Positions 10,917 to 20,674 of a stretch of 64,000 bases of DNA are shown here, piece by piece. How positions within the stretch are numbered: position 1 is the first letter of the stretch; each line of letters opens with the position of its first letter. Made by a program: the position numbers and the translations under genes. This DNA is from Ignavibacteriota bacterium. GTDB taxonomy: Bacteria > Bacteroidota > Ignavibacteria > UBA10030. The stretch is taken from positions 1,728,001-1,792,000 of the forward strand of contig OY969585.1 in assembly GCA_963701295.1 (NCBI GenBank), written 5' to 3'. A model generated the notes under the pieces. It worked only from the letters and a program-made list of their open reading frames with translations, had not been told where the DNA came from and made no database searches.

Positions 10917-11921
10917 ATGAAAAAAATCATTGTTGCTGGAGCCGGCGGGTTTATCGGCGGTCATTTGACAAAAGCATTGAGCACTATGGGGCACAAAGTG
11001 CGCGCAGTGGATATTAAACCGCTGAACAAATGGTATCAAGTTCATTCTGGCGTCGAAAATATGATCCTCGACTTGCGCGTCAAAGATAACTGTTATCAAG
11101 CAGTGAATGGTTGTAACGAGGTCTTCAATCTTGCAGCGGACATGGGTGGTATGGGATTTATAGAGACTCATAAAGCAGCATGCATGCTCAGTGTGTTGAT
11201 CAACACGCATATATTAATGGCAGCAAAGGACTGCGGGATTGACCGATTATTCTATGCATCATCTGCTTGTGTGTACAACGGAGAAAAGCAAACTGATCCC
11301 AACAATCCCGGACTCAAAGAAGCTGACGCATATCCGGCGCTTGCCGAAGATGGATATGGCTGGGAGAAACTATTCAGTGAACGCATGTGTCGTCATTTCA
11401 GTGAGGACTTTGGATTGGTGACACGTGTTGCACGATTTCACAATGTGTATGGACCGTTTGGCACATACGACGGTGGCAGAGAAAAAGCTCCGGCAGCTAT
11501 TTGCAGGAAGGTAATTGATGGGAAAATATATGGGAAGAAAGATATAGTGATTTGGGGGGACGGACATCAGACCAGAAGTTTTATGTACATCGATGATTGC
11601 GTCAAAGGTGTGCTTGATATTATGTACAGCACCATTATGGAACCGATCAATCTTGGTAGCAGTGAAATGGTTTCCATTAACCAATTAGTTGATTATGTGG
11701 AAGAGATTGCCAATTACAAGATGGAAAGGAAGTACGATCTGAAAGCGCCCAAAGGTGTTCGGGGACGCAATAGTGACAACACACTGATTAAGAAATATTT
11801 GGGCTGGGAACCATTCATCCCATTAAAGGTCGGACTAAAGAAAACGTATGATTGGATCAATGAACAAATGATGAGCAACAATGGAAAAGATAGCAAAGCA
11901 GTTGTATTCAATGAGAACTAA
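10917..11921 (+). CDS. GDP-mannose 3,5-epimerase-like extended SDR
   Basis: GAGGFIG, AADMGGMGFI, ASSACVY, YGWEK, GGREKAPAAICRK and GVRGRNSDNT are signature motifs of GME enzymes. Confidence 0.88.
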   Translation: MKKIIVAGAGGFIGGHLTKALSTMGHKVRAVDIKPLNKWYQVHSGVENMILDLRVKDNCYQAVNGCNEVFNLAADMGGMGFIETHKAACMLSVLINTHILMAAKDCGIDRLFYASSACVYNGEKQTDPNNPGLKEADAYPALAEDGYGWEKLFSERMCRHFSEDFGLVTRVARFHNVYGPFGTYDGGREKAPAAICRKVIDGKIYGKKDIVIWGDGHQTRSFMYIDDCVKGVLDIMYSTIMEPINLGSSEMVSINQLVDYVEEIANYKMERKYDLKAPKGVRGRNSDNTLIKKYLGWEPFIPLKVGLKKTYDWINEQMMSNNGKDSKAVVFNEN

Positions 11922-11939
11922 GCCTTTGGAAACGATACA

Positions 11940-13076
11940 TTGAACGGAAAAAAAGTTCTCGTTAGCGGTTGTTATGATTTACTGCATGCTGGTCACATTG
12001 CTTTCTTCAAAACGGCCGCTCAGTTTGGCAAACTATTCGTAGCTGTCGGCGCGGATGAAAATGTTCGTTTGTTAAAAGGAAAGGCGCCATACTATTCTCA
12101 AGAAGAAAGAGTTTATATGGTTAACTCCGTCCGCTATGTCGAAAGCGCCTTTATTGCATCAGGTTCGGGTATGCTAGACTTTGGACCCGATATTGAACGG
12201 ATCAAACCCGATATTTTTATTGTGAACCACGATGGCCATACTCTAGACAAAGAAGCATTGTGCAAAAAATTCTGTATCGAATATAAAGTATTGGAAAGAA
12301 TTCCAGAACCGAGACTTCCGGTGCGGGCAAGTTCGTCTACAAAACAAGAATTACAATTTCCATATAGAATTTGTTTAGCCGGTGGTTGGATGGACCAACC
12401 ATGGGTTTCGGAAATTTATCCTGGTAGCGTTGTTGTTGCTCAATTGTGTCCGACAATTGAATTCAATGACCGTTCTGGTATGGCGACCAGTTCAAGAAAA
12501 ATCGCTGTTGAAATTTGGGGAAATAGACTTCCAGACGGAAATCCAATTAACAATGCAAGAATTTTATTCGGTGCTGAAAATCCTCCTGGTTCAAAGTACA
12601 TTTCCGGTTCACAAGATCACATTGGCTTGCTGAATCAGGGAATCAGCCGTCTTTATTATAAAGGCAAATATTGGCCTGATAAAATTGATTCTACAAGAGA
12701 CGAAGATATTTGCGATTGGCTTTCTAATGTAATTCATTTAATTCCCCTGGAACCTAGGCCGGTCGGCTATGATCCCCTCAAAGAGAAAAAACTTACTATC
12801 AACAATGTTAAAGAACTTGGCGATGCAGGCGAACAATGCTGGAAAAGCATTCTTCGGAAAGACGCCGCAGGTTTGGGCCAGTCGATGACAAAATCTTTTC
12901 TTGCATGGAAAAAGATGTTCCCTTACACTGTTCCGGAATATGTTATGAAAGAAATGGAAGAGAAATATTTACCTCATTATCTTGGTGCCATAACTTCTGG
13001 CAGTGGCGGAGGCTATATGGTTGTTGCGTCGGAAATAGAAATAGATGGATCTCTTAAAATCAAAGTTAGGTCATAA
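11940..13076 (+). CDS. Fusion of HxGH-type nucleotidyltransferase (cytidyltransferase-like) and GHMP-family sugar kinase
   Basis: N-terminal VSGCYDLLHAGH..LKGKAPYY..ER motif. C-terminal PYRICLAGGWMD, RSGMATSS, SGSQD and SGSGGGY resemble fucokinase/HddA-type GHMP motifs. TTG start. Confidence 0.78.
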   Translation: MNGKKVLVSGCYDLLHAGHIAFFKTAAQFGKLFVAVGADENVRLLKGKAPYYSQEERVYMVNSVRYVESAFIASGSGMLDFGPDIERIKPDIFIVNHDGHTLDKEALCKKFCIEYKVLERIPEPRLPVRASSSTKQELQFPYRICLAGGWMDQPWVSEIYPGSVVVAQLCPTIEFNDRSGMATSSRKIAVEIWGNRLPDGNPINNARILFGAENPPGSKYISGSQDHIGLLNQGISRLYYKGKYWPDKIDSTRDEDICDWLSNVIHLIPLEPRPVGYDPLKEKKLTINNVKELGDAGEQCWKSILRKDAAGLGQSMTKSFLAWKKMFPYTVPEYVMKEMEEKYLPHYLGAITSGSGGGYMVVASEIEIDGSLKIKVRS

Positions 13077-13167
13077 ATATTGAATAAATTCAAATGCTTT
13101 TACAAAACTGTATTTAAGATATATATATTTTTAGAATGCGTAGTCAATTATTTTAAAGGAAGTCATT

Positions 13168-14508
13168 ATGAATTTGTCCAAGATGTTTAAAACGGAAGAA
13201 GGTAAAAATTATGTATTCACGTTTGCACTCGTCAGCACATTATTCCTATTATGGGGAACTTGTAATGGAATGATCGATGTGATGGACAAGCACTTTCAGG
13301 ATCAGCTGCATCTGACGAAAGCACAGTCAGCATGGGTGCAGTTTGCACATTATTTGGGTTATCTTTTAATGGCCATGCCTGCAAGTTGGCTGGCGCGCAA
13401 ACTTGGTTATAAAGGCGGTATCATTTCAGGGCTGCTGCTCGTAGCGCTGGGCGGATTCTGGTTTGTCCCGGCTACATATATTTCGTCATTCTGGGCGTTC
13501 CTGCTGGGTGTGTGTGTCATCGCAATGGGATTGACAATTCTTGAGACGGTAGCTAATCCCTATACTACTGTGCTCGGTCCTAAGAACTTCGCAGCAGCGC
13601 GTATCAATTTTGCGCAATCGTTCAATGGCGTTGGTTGGATTTTCGGCCCGATCATTGGTGGAGTGTTCTTCTATTCTGCAGGTGGCTCAGAGGTCGCTCA
13701 AGGTCAACTCTACATTCCGTACCTTGCGGTGGCAGTCATCGTCCTTGCTATGTCCGTGGTCTTCTTCTTCGCCAACGTCCCCGACCTTAATACGGAGGAT
13801 GAGTATCACTTAAGTGATACAACTGCAACCAATGTCAAGCGGTCCATCTGGTCACACCCCCACTTCATCGGCGCAGTCGCAGCTCAGTTCTTATACGTCG
13901 CGGCGCAAGCGGGCATTTTTAGTTTTTTCATTAACTATATAACTGAGGAAATGCCTTCAATTTCGCATGGACTATCAAGCAGTTGGTTCTTTAAAGACCG
14001 CGCTATGTTGCGTGAAGGTGCTTACTACGTGAACGAGCAAGGAGCTACTTTTCTGCTCGGTACAATTGGATTTCCGCTCTTCCTGATCGGCCGCGCCACG
14101 GGGGCGGCAATTCTGAGGAAATTGAAAGCGCATCGGGTGCTGGGTACGTACGCAATTGCTAATGTTTTTCTCTGCGGCATTGTCATTCTTAGACTTGGTT
14201 GGATTTCGGTTGCAGCGATGTTTCTGAGTTTTTTTTTCATGTCGATTATGTTTCCGACGATATTCGCACTTGGTATCTACGGTCTTGGCGTACAGGCGAA
14301 GAGAGCATCAGGTTTCATCGTCATGGCTATTATTGGCGGAGCAATCATGCCGAAGCTTATGGGTTACCTCGGAGATGTCTACAATATGTCTGTCAGCTTT
14401 CTCATGCCACTAGGTTGCTTCGCGCTCATCGCGATGTATGGATATTCGTGGCCTAGACTGAGCAAGGCGGATGCTCAAGAAAGTTTTTCCAGTGTAAAAG
14501 GACACTGA
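13168..14508 (+). CDS. FucP-like MFS sugar:H+ symporter
   Basis: About 12 hydrophobic segments. LFLLWG, ILETVANPY, RINFAQSFNG, QFLYVAAQ, MSIMFPTIF and MAIIGGA are characteristic of the fucose-permease family. Confidence 0.9.
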   Translation: MNLSKMFKTEEGKNYVFTFALVSTLFLLWGTCNGMIDVMDKHFQDQLHLTKAQSAWVQFAHYLGYLLMAMPASWLARKLGYKGGIISGLLLVALGGFWFVPATYISSFWAFLLGVCVIAMGLTILETVANPYTTVLGPKNFAAARINFAQSFNGVGWIFGPIIGGVFFYSAGGSEVAQGQLYIPYLAVAVIVLAMSVVFFFANVPDLNTEDEYHLSDTTATNVKRSIWSHPHFIGAVAAQFLYVAAQAGIFSFFINYITEEMPSISHGLSSSWFFKDRAMLREGAYYVNEQGATFLLGTIGFPLFLIGRATGAAILRKLKAHRVLGTYAIANVFLCGIVILRLGWISVAAMFLSFFFMSIMFPTIFALGIYGLGVQAKRASGFIVMAIIGGAIMPKLMGYLGDVYNMSVSFLMPLGCFALIAMYGYSWPRLSKADAQESFSSVKGH

Positions 14509-16112
14509 ATGTGAAGGTAAGACAACATTAAGAAGAATTTTATCTTATTTCATAGGATGAAAATTATTCAATAGAATCACAGACTATAACCAAACCGTCA
14601 GAGAACCCTCTCAAAGTATTTATTAATCCCCCCGAATGTGCAGAGCCTTGTGTTTTGTGGATGCGGATAGGGTCGAACATAAGTAAAGAAGGCATTACGA
14701 AAGATCTGGAAGCTTTGAAAAAAGCAGGATTTAAGAGAACAATTATGTTCAGTCTGGCAGATATTACTACTCCTTGGGTCAGTGAGTATAGACAAGAGCC
14801 CGACACCGGAAATTATTTCCTGGACAGAACCCTTGTGGAAATTGGTGCACCATGCAGTGGAAGAATCAGAACGCTTGGGTATGGATTTTGGCGTGTTCAA
14901 TGGCCCAAGTTATGAATCAAGCGGTGGTGTATGGATGACACCTGAGTTATCGATGCAGGAAATTTGCTGGTCTCAAAAAAGGAATGCCGGCGACAAACAT
15001 ATAAGTATAATTCTTGACCGGGCTTCTGTTGATCCCCATGCGAACCATCCTTATCCTTTATTTAATCCCAAAAACAGGCTTAGTAGAAAAGCCGATAATA
15101 GAGGCACGGAAAACGTACTACAAAGATATTACAGGTACTGGCAGTTCCGGCAAAGGGAATAGTTTCCCAAAAAGTATCATTAGTCTGACCGAAAAGATGA
15201 AATCAAATGGGTAGTTGGGATGGGATGCTCTAACCGGAGACTGGATAATCTATAGGTTTGGCTATACAACGGGGGGGCGTTAATACAGCCTGCACAATGG
15301 AAGGCGACAGGTTTAGAATGCGATAAAATAAGCCAGAATGCAGTAGATTTCCACATGAATCATGTGTGATAGGTGAAATTCGAATTTAAAGTATATTCAC
15401 AGAAATAGTGATAAATATGGATGTATATTTTGTTGCGAATACAGCTTGCGAAGCCGGTTCTGCAACTTATACTTTTAAAATATTGGGGATGCAACCTGAT
15501 CTTTGGGACCTGTTACTGGAGCGATGCGAAGTCTCTCACAATTTGAAATCAGTAATGACATAACTTTAATTCCACTTAATTTTGCTGAGGCTCAAAGTTT
15601 TTTTTATCGTCTTTCGGAATAAATCTCCCAGTTCAGGTTCAAGTGGAAAAAGTATTTTTCCTTCCATGAAAGAAATAGTGACTATTAATGAACCATGGCA
15701 GGTTCAATTTGATTCTGCATAGGGAAGTCCTGCCAAACCTGTTACTTTTACAACACTCATTGACTGGACAAACCATCCTGAACCAGGCATTAAGTACTTT
15801 AGTGGTACAGCAGTTTACCAAACATCGTTCGATATACCTACTTCACAAATCTCAGATAAACTTTCTGTATTGAAGTCACTAATGTATGGGTCAACCGCTT
15901 ATAGGAAACGAACAGGAGCCCGCTGATTGCAAATGGTCAGCAGGTCATTTTGGAGGTTCCTTTTTACAAGAATTCCCTGATCGGTTCCTAAAAAATCAAT
16001 CTCGCCCTTCTAAGGAGGATATTGTTCTACAACTTGGAATTATTTTACCAACGATTCCTCATTAATTCCTTCCGGTTTGTTAGGACCCGCGAGGATAATG
16101 GCAGGGGATTAA
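14509..16112 (+). pseudogene. Degraded GH106 (alpha-L-rhamnosidase-like) pseudogene
   Basis: Fragments in shifting frames: FINPPECAEPCVLW..SKEGITKDLEALKKAG; HHAVEESERLGMDFG..SSGGVWMTPELSMQ; GDWIIYRFGYTT; GLECDK; DVYFVAN; DWTNHPEPGIKYFSGTAVY; VTNVWVNRLIG; PSGLLGP. Frameshifts, an in-frame stop (TAG 15212-15214) and large internal deletions are present. The 5' boundary is approximate. Confidence 0.8.
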
Positions 16113-16360
16113 CCAAGATGAATGATTTAAGTAAATAATGAATGATCTCTTTAAAAATAAAACGTTTGCATATATTTAGAAAAAATTGTCATTAAACAGT
16201 TTTTAAAAAACTTTGAGATTTTGATATTATAAGAATCTAACAAATCAGTTAATACTTCTACGGAAGAACATATCATTTAAGTATCGCGAATACTCGAAAG
16301 ACTAACAGCAACTTCCATCTCGTATCAACTGATAGTGTAAATGATCACCTCTATAGAATA

Positions 16361-16539
16361 CTAGAAGTCATCTCAAAATACGTTGTCACTCCCGAAAGTT
16401 TCAATCGGGAGTCCAGGGTTTTGGATATCCGACTGACTTCGCCGAGATCTCATTTCGATTTCTTAATCGAAAAGGACTTAAAATCCGCAGGTATGACAAG
16501 AGTATTTTGGCACGTCATCATTTTTGAAATAGGTTCTAG
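16361..16539. mobile_element. Putative MITE with imperfect terminal inverted repeats, CTAG at both ends and an internal REP-like palindrome
   Basis: ACTAGAAGTCATCTCAAAA (16360-16378) matches the reverse complement of TTTTGAAATAGGTTCTAGT (16522-16540) at 15/19 positions. Internal stem ACTCCCGA..TCGGGAGT and TTGTCA..TGACAA ends. No coding capacity. Confidence 0.55.
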
Positions 16540-16559
16540 TTTGAACGGCAATTTTTCTC

Positions 16560-16601
16560 TTGACATTTAAAGTCAAGATTTATTACATTGAAACGGTTCA
16601 A
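16560..16601 (+). promoter_or_regulatory. Promoter (TTGACA-18 bp-TACATT) overlapped by operator copy 3 TTGAAACGGTTCAA (16588-16601)
   Basis: Same promoter/operator geometry as upstream of GH43. A weaker site AAAGCGTTTCAA lies at 16652-16663. Confidence 0.7.
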
Positions 16602-16750
16602 CTGTAATTAAACCTCTTTAATTCGTTAAACCGAATGTGATTTATCGGGACAAAGCGTTTCAACTCGAGATGTGGATGTAATATGCTGCAGTCTTTTTAA
16701 CGAAAGAGATTTCCATTGACGATTTCTATCTTCAAACATAGGACGTAAAA

Positions 16751-19072
16751 ATGTTGGATAAGAATTCAAAGAATGAATTAGTAGAACAAGAAGAGTTGTT
16801 GGAATATAAAAATTCAGAATTATCGATTGAAGTTCGTGTTGCTGACTTAATAAGTCGGATGACACTTGAAGAAAAAGTAGCTCAGATGCTTTGTATCTGG
16901 GGACAAAAAAAGACTGCTCTATTCGATAAGGAAAGTAACTTCAATCTCAAAAACTTAGAACTTCATTTCAAACATGGTGTCGGTCAAATAGCAAGATTGA
17001 GTGATACGGGCAAAGGTCAGAATGCGCGTGAAATGGCGGCGTTAGCAAATACCATTCAAAAATATTTCGCTGAAGAAACTCGTTTAGGCATTCCAGTTAT
17101 TTTTCATGAAGAATGTTTGCACGGCCTTGCTGCTAAAGAAGCCACCAGTTTTCCTCAGCCAATCGGATTAGCATCTACGTTTAATCCTGATCTTATAGAA
17201 GAAATATATACAGCAATTGCTGAAGACACTCGTTCTCGAGGTGCACATCAAGCTTTAACTCCCGTTGTCGATGTCGCTCGCGATCCTCGCTGGGGACGAG
17301 TAGAAGAAACGTTTGGTGAAGATCCATACCTTGTAGCTCAAATGGGTATTTCGGCAGTAAAAGGTTTTCAAGGTGATGGAAGTTTTAAGAACAAGAAACG
17401 AATTATTGCAACATTGAAACATTTCGCAGCACATGGGCAACCAGAGTCTGGCATCAATTGTGGTCCTGTCAATATCTCTGAACGTCTCTTGCGGGATACG
17501 TTCCTTTATACATTTAGAGAAGTAGTGAAAAAAGCCGACGCCATAAGTGTGATGGCATCATACAATGAGATTGATGGTGTTTCATCGCATGCTAATAAAT
17601 GGCTGTTGAAGGATGTACTGCGAGATGAGTGGGGTTTTAAAGGATATGTTGTTTCAGATTATTATGCGATTACCGAATTGAACTTTCGAGAAGAAGCGAT
17701 AAGCCACGCTATGGCTAAGGACAAGACTGAGGCCGCTTTGCTTTCGGTAGAAGCGGGTGTCAATATCGAATTACCGGATCCTGATTGTTATCCCAATCTC
17801 ATTCAACTCGTTCAAAGCGGCAAATTATGCGAATCAGTTTTAGATGGATTAGTCGCCTCGCTCTTAAAGTATAAATTCCAACTCGGTCTTTTTGATGACC
17901 CTTATGTCGATCCGGAGTTGATTCATAGTGAAACGAGACTTGAAAAAGAAAGAACACTTGCTTTGCAGGCAGCTCATGAGACAATTACTCTGCTTAAGAA
18001 CGAAGGGAATATATTACCCCTCAATAGAAAGGAAATTACTACTCTTGCCGTGATTGGCCCGAATGCGGATCGGAAGTTGCTGGGAGGGTACAGCGGTGAG
18101 CCAAAGTACTATACTTCTGTCCTGCAAGGAATAAAAGAAAAAATTGGGAAAGATATTCATGTCCTTTACAGTGAAGGTTGTAAGATTACACTTGGTGGAT
18201 CATGGAATGAAGATGCAATAACATTCTCAGATCCGGAAGAAGATCGAAGATCAATTGCTCAGGCTGTTGCTATAGCTCAAAAGGCTGACACCATCATTCT
18301 TGTTTTGGGCGGCAATGAACAAACCTCACGAGAGGCATGGAATAAAACCCACATGGGTGATAGAGCCAACTTAGATCTCTTTGGTATGCAGAACGATTTG
18401 GTAAAAGCAATTTTAGAAACAGGAAAACCCGTTGTCGTGGTGCTTTTCAATGGCAGGCCGAACTCCATAACCTATCTTCAGAGACACATACCGGCGATTC
18501 TCGAGTGCTGGTATTTAGGACAGGAGACAGGGAATGCCGTGGCAGATGTTCTTTTTGGAGATTACAATCCCGGGGGAAAACTTCCGATCTCTATTCCTAG
18601 ATCTGTAGGACATTTGCCTTGTTACTATAATTATAAACCTTCCGCGCGTCGTGGCTATTTAAACGATGATGTTTCTTCACTTTACCCATTTGGCTTTGGT
18701 TTAAGTTATACTACATTTAGTTTCAATAACCTCCGACTTGAGAAATCTTCGATTAGCGTAAATGAATCGACGAGTGTATCCATCGATGTAAAGAATACAG
18801 GCCATCGTTCTGGCGATGAGGTTGTGCAGATGTATATCCGAGATATTTTTAGCTCGGTCACTCGCCCGATCAAAGAGTTACGTGGATTTAAGAAGATTCA
18901 TCTCAATCCGGGTGAAACGAAGACTGTGGCCATACCAATCGAACCGGAACATTTAGCCTTTACGGATATCAACAAGAAGAATATTGTTGAACCTGGAGAT
19001 TTCATGATTATGGTCGGTAACTCGTCACAAGATTCCGATTTACAGAAACTTATTTTAACCGTTCAGAAATAA
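16751..19072 (+). CDS. GH3 beta-xylosidase/beta-glucosidase, apparently cytoplasmic
   Basis: Motifs RLGIPVIFHEECLHG, RDPRWGRVEETFGEDP, LKHF and nucleophile VVSDY, with a C-terminal FN3-like domain (GDEVVQMY, KELRGF). No signal peptide. Confidence 0.93.
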   Translation: MLDKNSKNELVEQEELLEYKNSELSIEVRVADLISRMTLEEKVAQMLCIWGQKKTALFDKESNFNLKNLELHFKHGVGQIARLSDTGKGQNAREMAALANTIQKYFAEETRLGIPVIFHEECLHGLAAKEATSFPQPIGLASTFNPDLIEEIYTAIAEDTRSRGAHQALTPVVDVARDPRWGRVEETFGEDPYLVAQMGISAVKGFQGDGSFKNKKRIIATLKHFAAHGQPESGINCGPVNISERLLRDTFLYTFREVVKKADAISVMASYNEIDGVSSHANKWLLKDVLRDEWGFKGYVVSDYYAITELNFREEAISHAMAKDKTEAALLSVEAGVNIELPDPDCYPNLIQLVQSGKLCESVLDGLVASLLKYKFQLGLFDDPYVDPELIHSETRLEKERTLALQAAHETITLLKNEGNILPLNRKEITTLAVIGPNADRKLLGGYSGEPKYYTSVLQGIKEKIGKDIHVLYSEGCKITLGGSWNEDAITFSDPEEDRRSIAQAVAIAQKADTIILVLGGNEQTSREAWNKTHMGDRANLDLFGMQNDLVKAILETGKPVVVVLFNGRPNSITYLQRHIPAILECWYLGQETGNAVADVLFGDYNPGGKLPISIPRSVGHLPCYYNYKPSARRGYLNDDVSSLYPFGFGLSYTTFSFNNLRLEKSSISVNESTSVSIDVKNTGHRSGDEVVQMYIRDIFSSVTRPIKELRGFKKIHLNPGETKTVAIPIEPEHLAFTDINKKNIVEPGDFMIMVGNSSQDSDLQKLILTVQK

Positions 19073-19094
19073 ATTACCCAAGAGAAAATAGACT

Positions 19095-20633
19095 ATGGCA
19101 GAAGAACACTTCCATCAAAAACTCTCTTTCGTCGAAAAAGCGGGGTATAGTGCCGCTGATGCTGCAGCGAATTTCGTCTTCATGACAATGATTCTTTTCC
19201 AGACGAATTTTTACACAGATGTCTTTGGCATCACCGCGGGTGCTGCAGCAACTATTCTCATGGTCGCCCGGTTATGGGACGCTTTCGCCGATCCGATTGT
19301 TGGTGTGCTTGCCGACCGCACGGACACTCGCTGGGGAAAATTCCGTCCATGGGTTCTTTTCACGGCACTACCTTGGTGTATCGTGATGGTGCTGGCATAC
19401 ACCACGCCAAAGGGCTGGGGCATGACCTCGATGATTGTATATGCCGCAATCACCAACATTCTGCTGATGAGCATCTATTCCATGAACAATATGCCATACT
19501 CAGCGCTGGGCGGTGTCATGACCGGCGATATCAACGAGCGCGCCAAGCTTAACTCCTACCGGTTTATCGCAGTGAATGCAGCACAATTCATTGTAGGTGG
19601 TTTCACTCTGCCGTTGATTGCTAAATTCGCAGTCGGGCATGACAGGCAGTACGGCTGGCAAATGACCATGACTATTTGGGCTGTTGTGTGTTTCATTCTG
19701 TTCCTTATTACATTTGCTACGACAAAAGAACGCATTAAACCCGAGCCTCATCAAAAATCTTCACCGAAAGAGGATTTTGTTAATCTGCTCAAGAACAATC
19801 CGTGGAAAGTAATGTTTTTCATGACGCTGGTGCACTTTGCGATTCTTTCGTTCAGGGGTGCCGCGCTCTATAACTATTATCATCATTTTGCTGACAAAGC
19901 TGCATTATACGATTGGGTACAGAGCATGGGTTTGACTGCGCCTTCGCTCACTCCTGGTGCCCCTGCACCCGGCGGCATTCTTGAATGGCTCGGATACATC
20001 GTCCACGGAGAAAAAGCAAACCTTGCGAGTTCAAACGTTGCCGATGTTGCTAATAGCATCATCAATATGATCGGAACCGGTATCACTATTATTGTCATCA
20101 TTCTCTCGCCGGCCCTTTCTAAGAGGTTTGGAAAAAAGGCAGTTGCGATTAGCGGTTTCGCTCTAGCGAGCATCGGGACACTGGCATTCTATATGCTTGG
20201 ACCTACGAATGTTACCGGCATGGTCGTGCTGACAATTCTCATCGCGATAGCATACGCTCCAACCATTCCATTGATTTGGGCGATCTATGCGGATGTGGCG
20301 GACTACTCTGAATGGAAGACGGGACGACGCTTTACAGGAATCGTTTTTGCAACCATTGGTTTTGCTTTGAAAGGCGGTTTAGCGCTTGGCTCTTCTTCGT
20401 TCCTCTGGATCATGGCCGGCTTATTCTGCTATGACACCCAGATGCCTGATGCACCTCAAGCGCTAGAGGGGTTCCGCACATGCAGCGGAATTGTTGTCGG
20501 CATTATGTTTATGATCTGTACCATCTTGCTCACTGCTTACCAGATCAATAAAAAGATGACGATTCAAATGGCTGATGAGTTAGCAGAACGGCGAAGAGCA
20601 TTCGCATCGAGAACTCGAACACATGAAGCTTGA
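19095..20633 (+). CDS. GPH-family (glycoside-pentoside-hexuronide) symporter, probable xylo-oligosaccharide importer
   Basis: EKAGY, ARLWDAFADPIVGVLADRTDTRWGKFRPW, NMPYSAL, TKERI and ADVADYSEWKTGRR motifs. Confidence 0.9.
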   Translation: MAEEHFHQKLSFVEKAGYSAADAAANFVFMTMILFQTNFYTDVFGITAGAAATILMVARLWDAFADPIVGVLADRTDTRWGKFRPWVLFTALPWCIVMVLAYTTPKGWGMTSMIVYAAITNILLMSIYSMNNMPYSALGGVMTGDINERAKLNSYRFIAVNAAQFIVGGFTLPLIAKFAVGHDRQYGWQMTMTIWAVVCFILFLITFATTKERIKPEPHQKSSPKEDFVNLLKNNPWKVMFFMTLVHFAILSFRGAALYNYYHHFADKAALYDWVQSMGLTAPSLTPGAPAPGGILEWLGYIVHGEKANLASSNVADVANSIINMIGTGITIIVIILSPALSKRFGKKAVAISGFALASIGTLAFYMLGPTNVTGMVVLTILIAIAYAPTIPLIWAIYADVADYSEWKTGRRFTGIVFATIGFALKGGLALGSSSFLWIMAGLFCYDTQMPDAPQALEGFRTCSGIVVGIMFMICTILLTAYQINKKMTIQMADELAERRRAFASRTRTHEA

Positions 20634-20674
20634 AGAGAAAAACATCTTCTACATAAAATATTAGGAAAAAGACT

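Noticed and set aside
10917-13076. LPS/capsule biosynthesis cluster interpretation
   Set aside because: No glycosyltransferase, flippase or polymerase nearby, and the LacI, sugar importer and glycosidase remnant favour uptake. Not fully excluded.
14509-16112. Programmed frameshifting or recoding to give a functional GH106
   Set aside because: Too many frameshifts and stops, plus deletion of the catalytic region.
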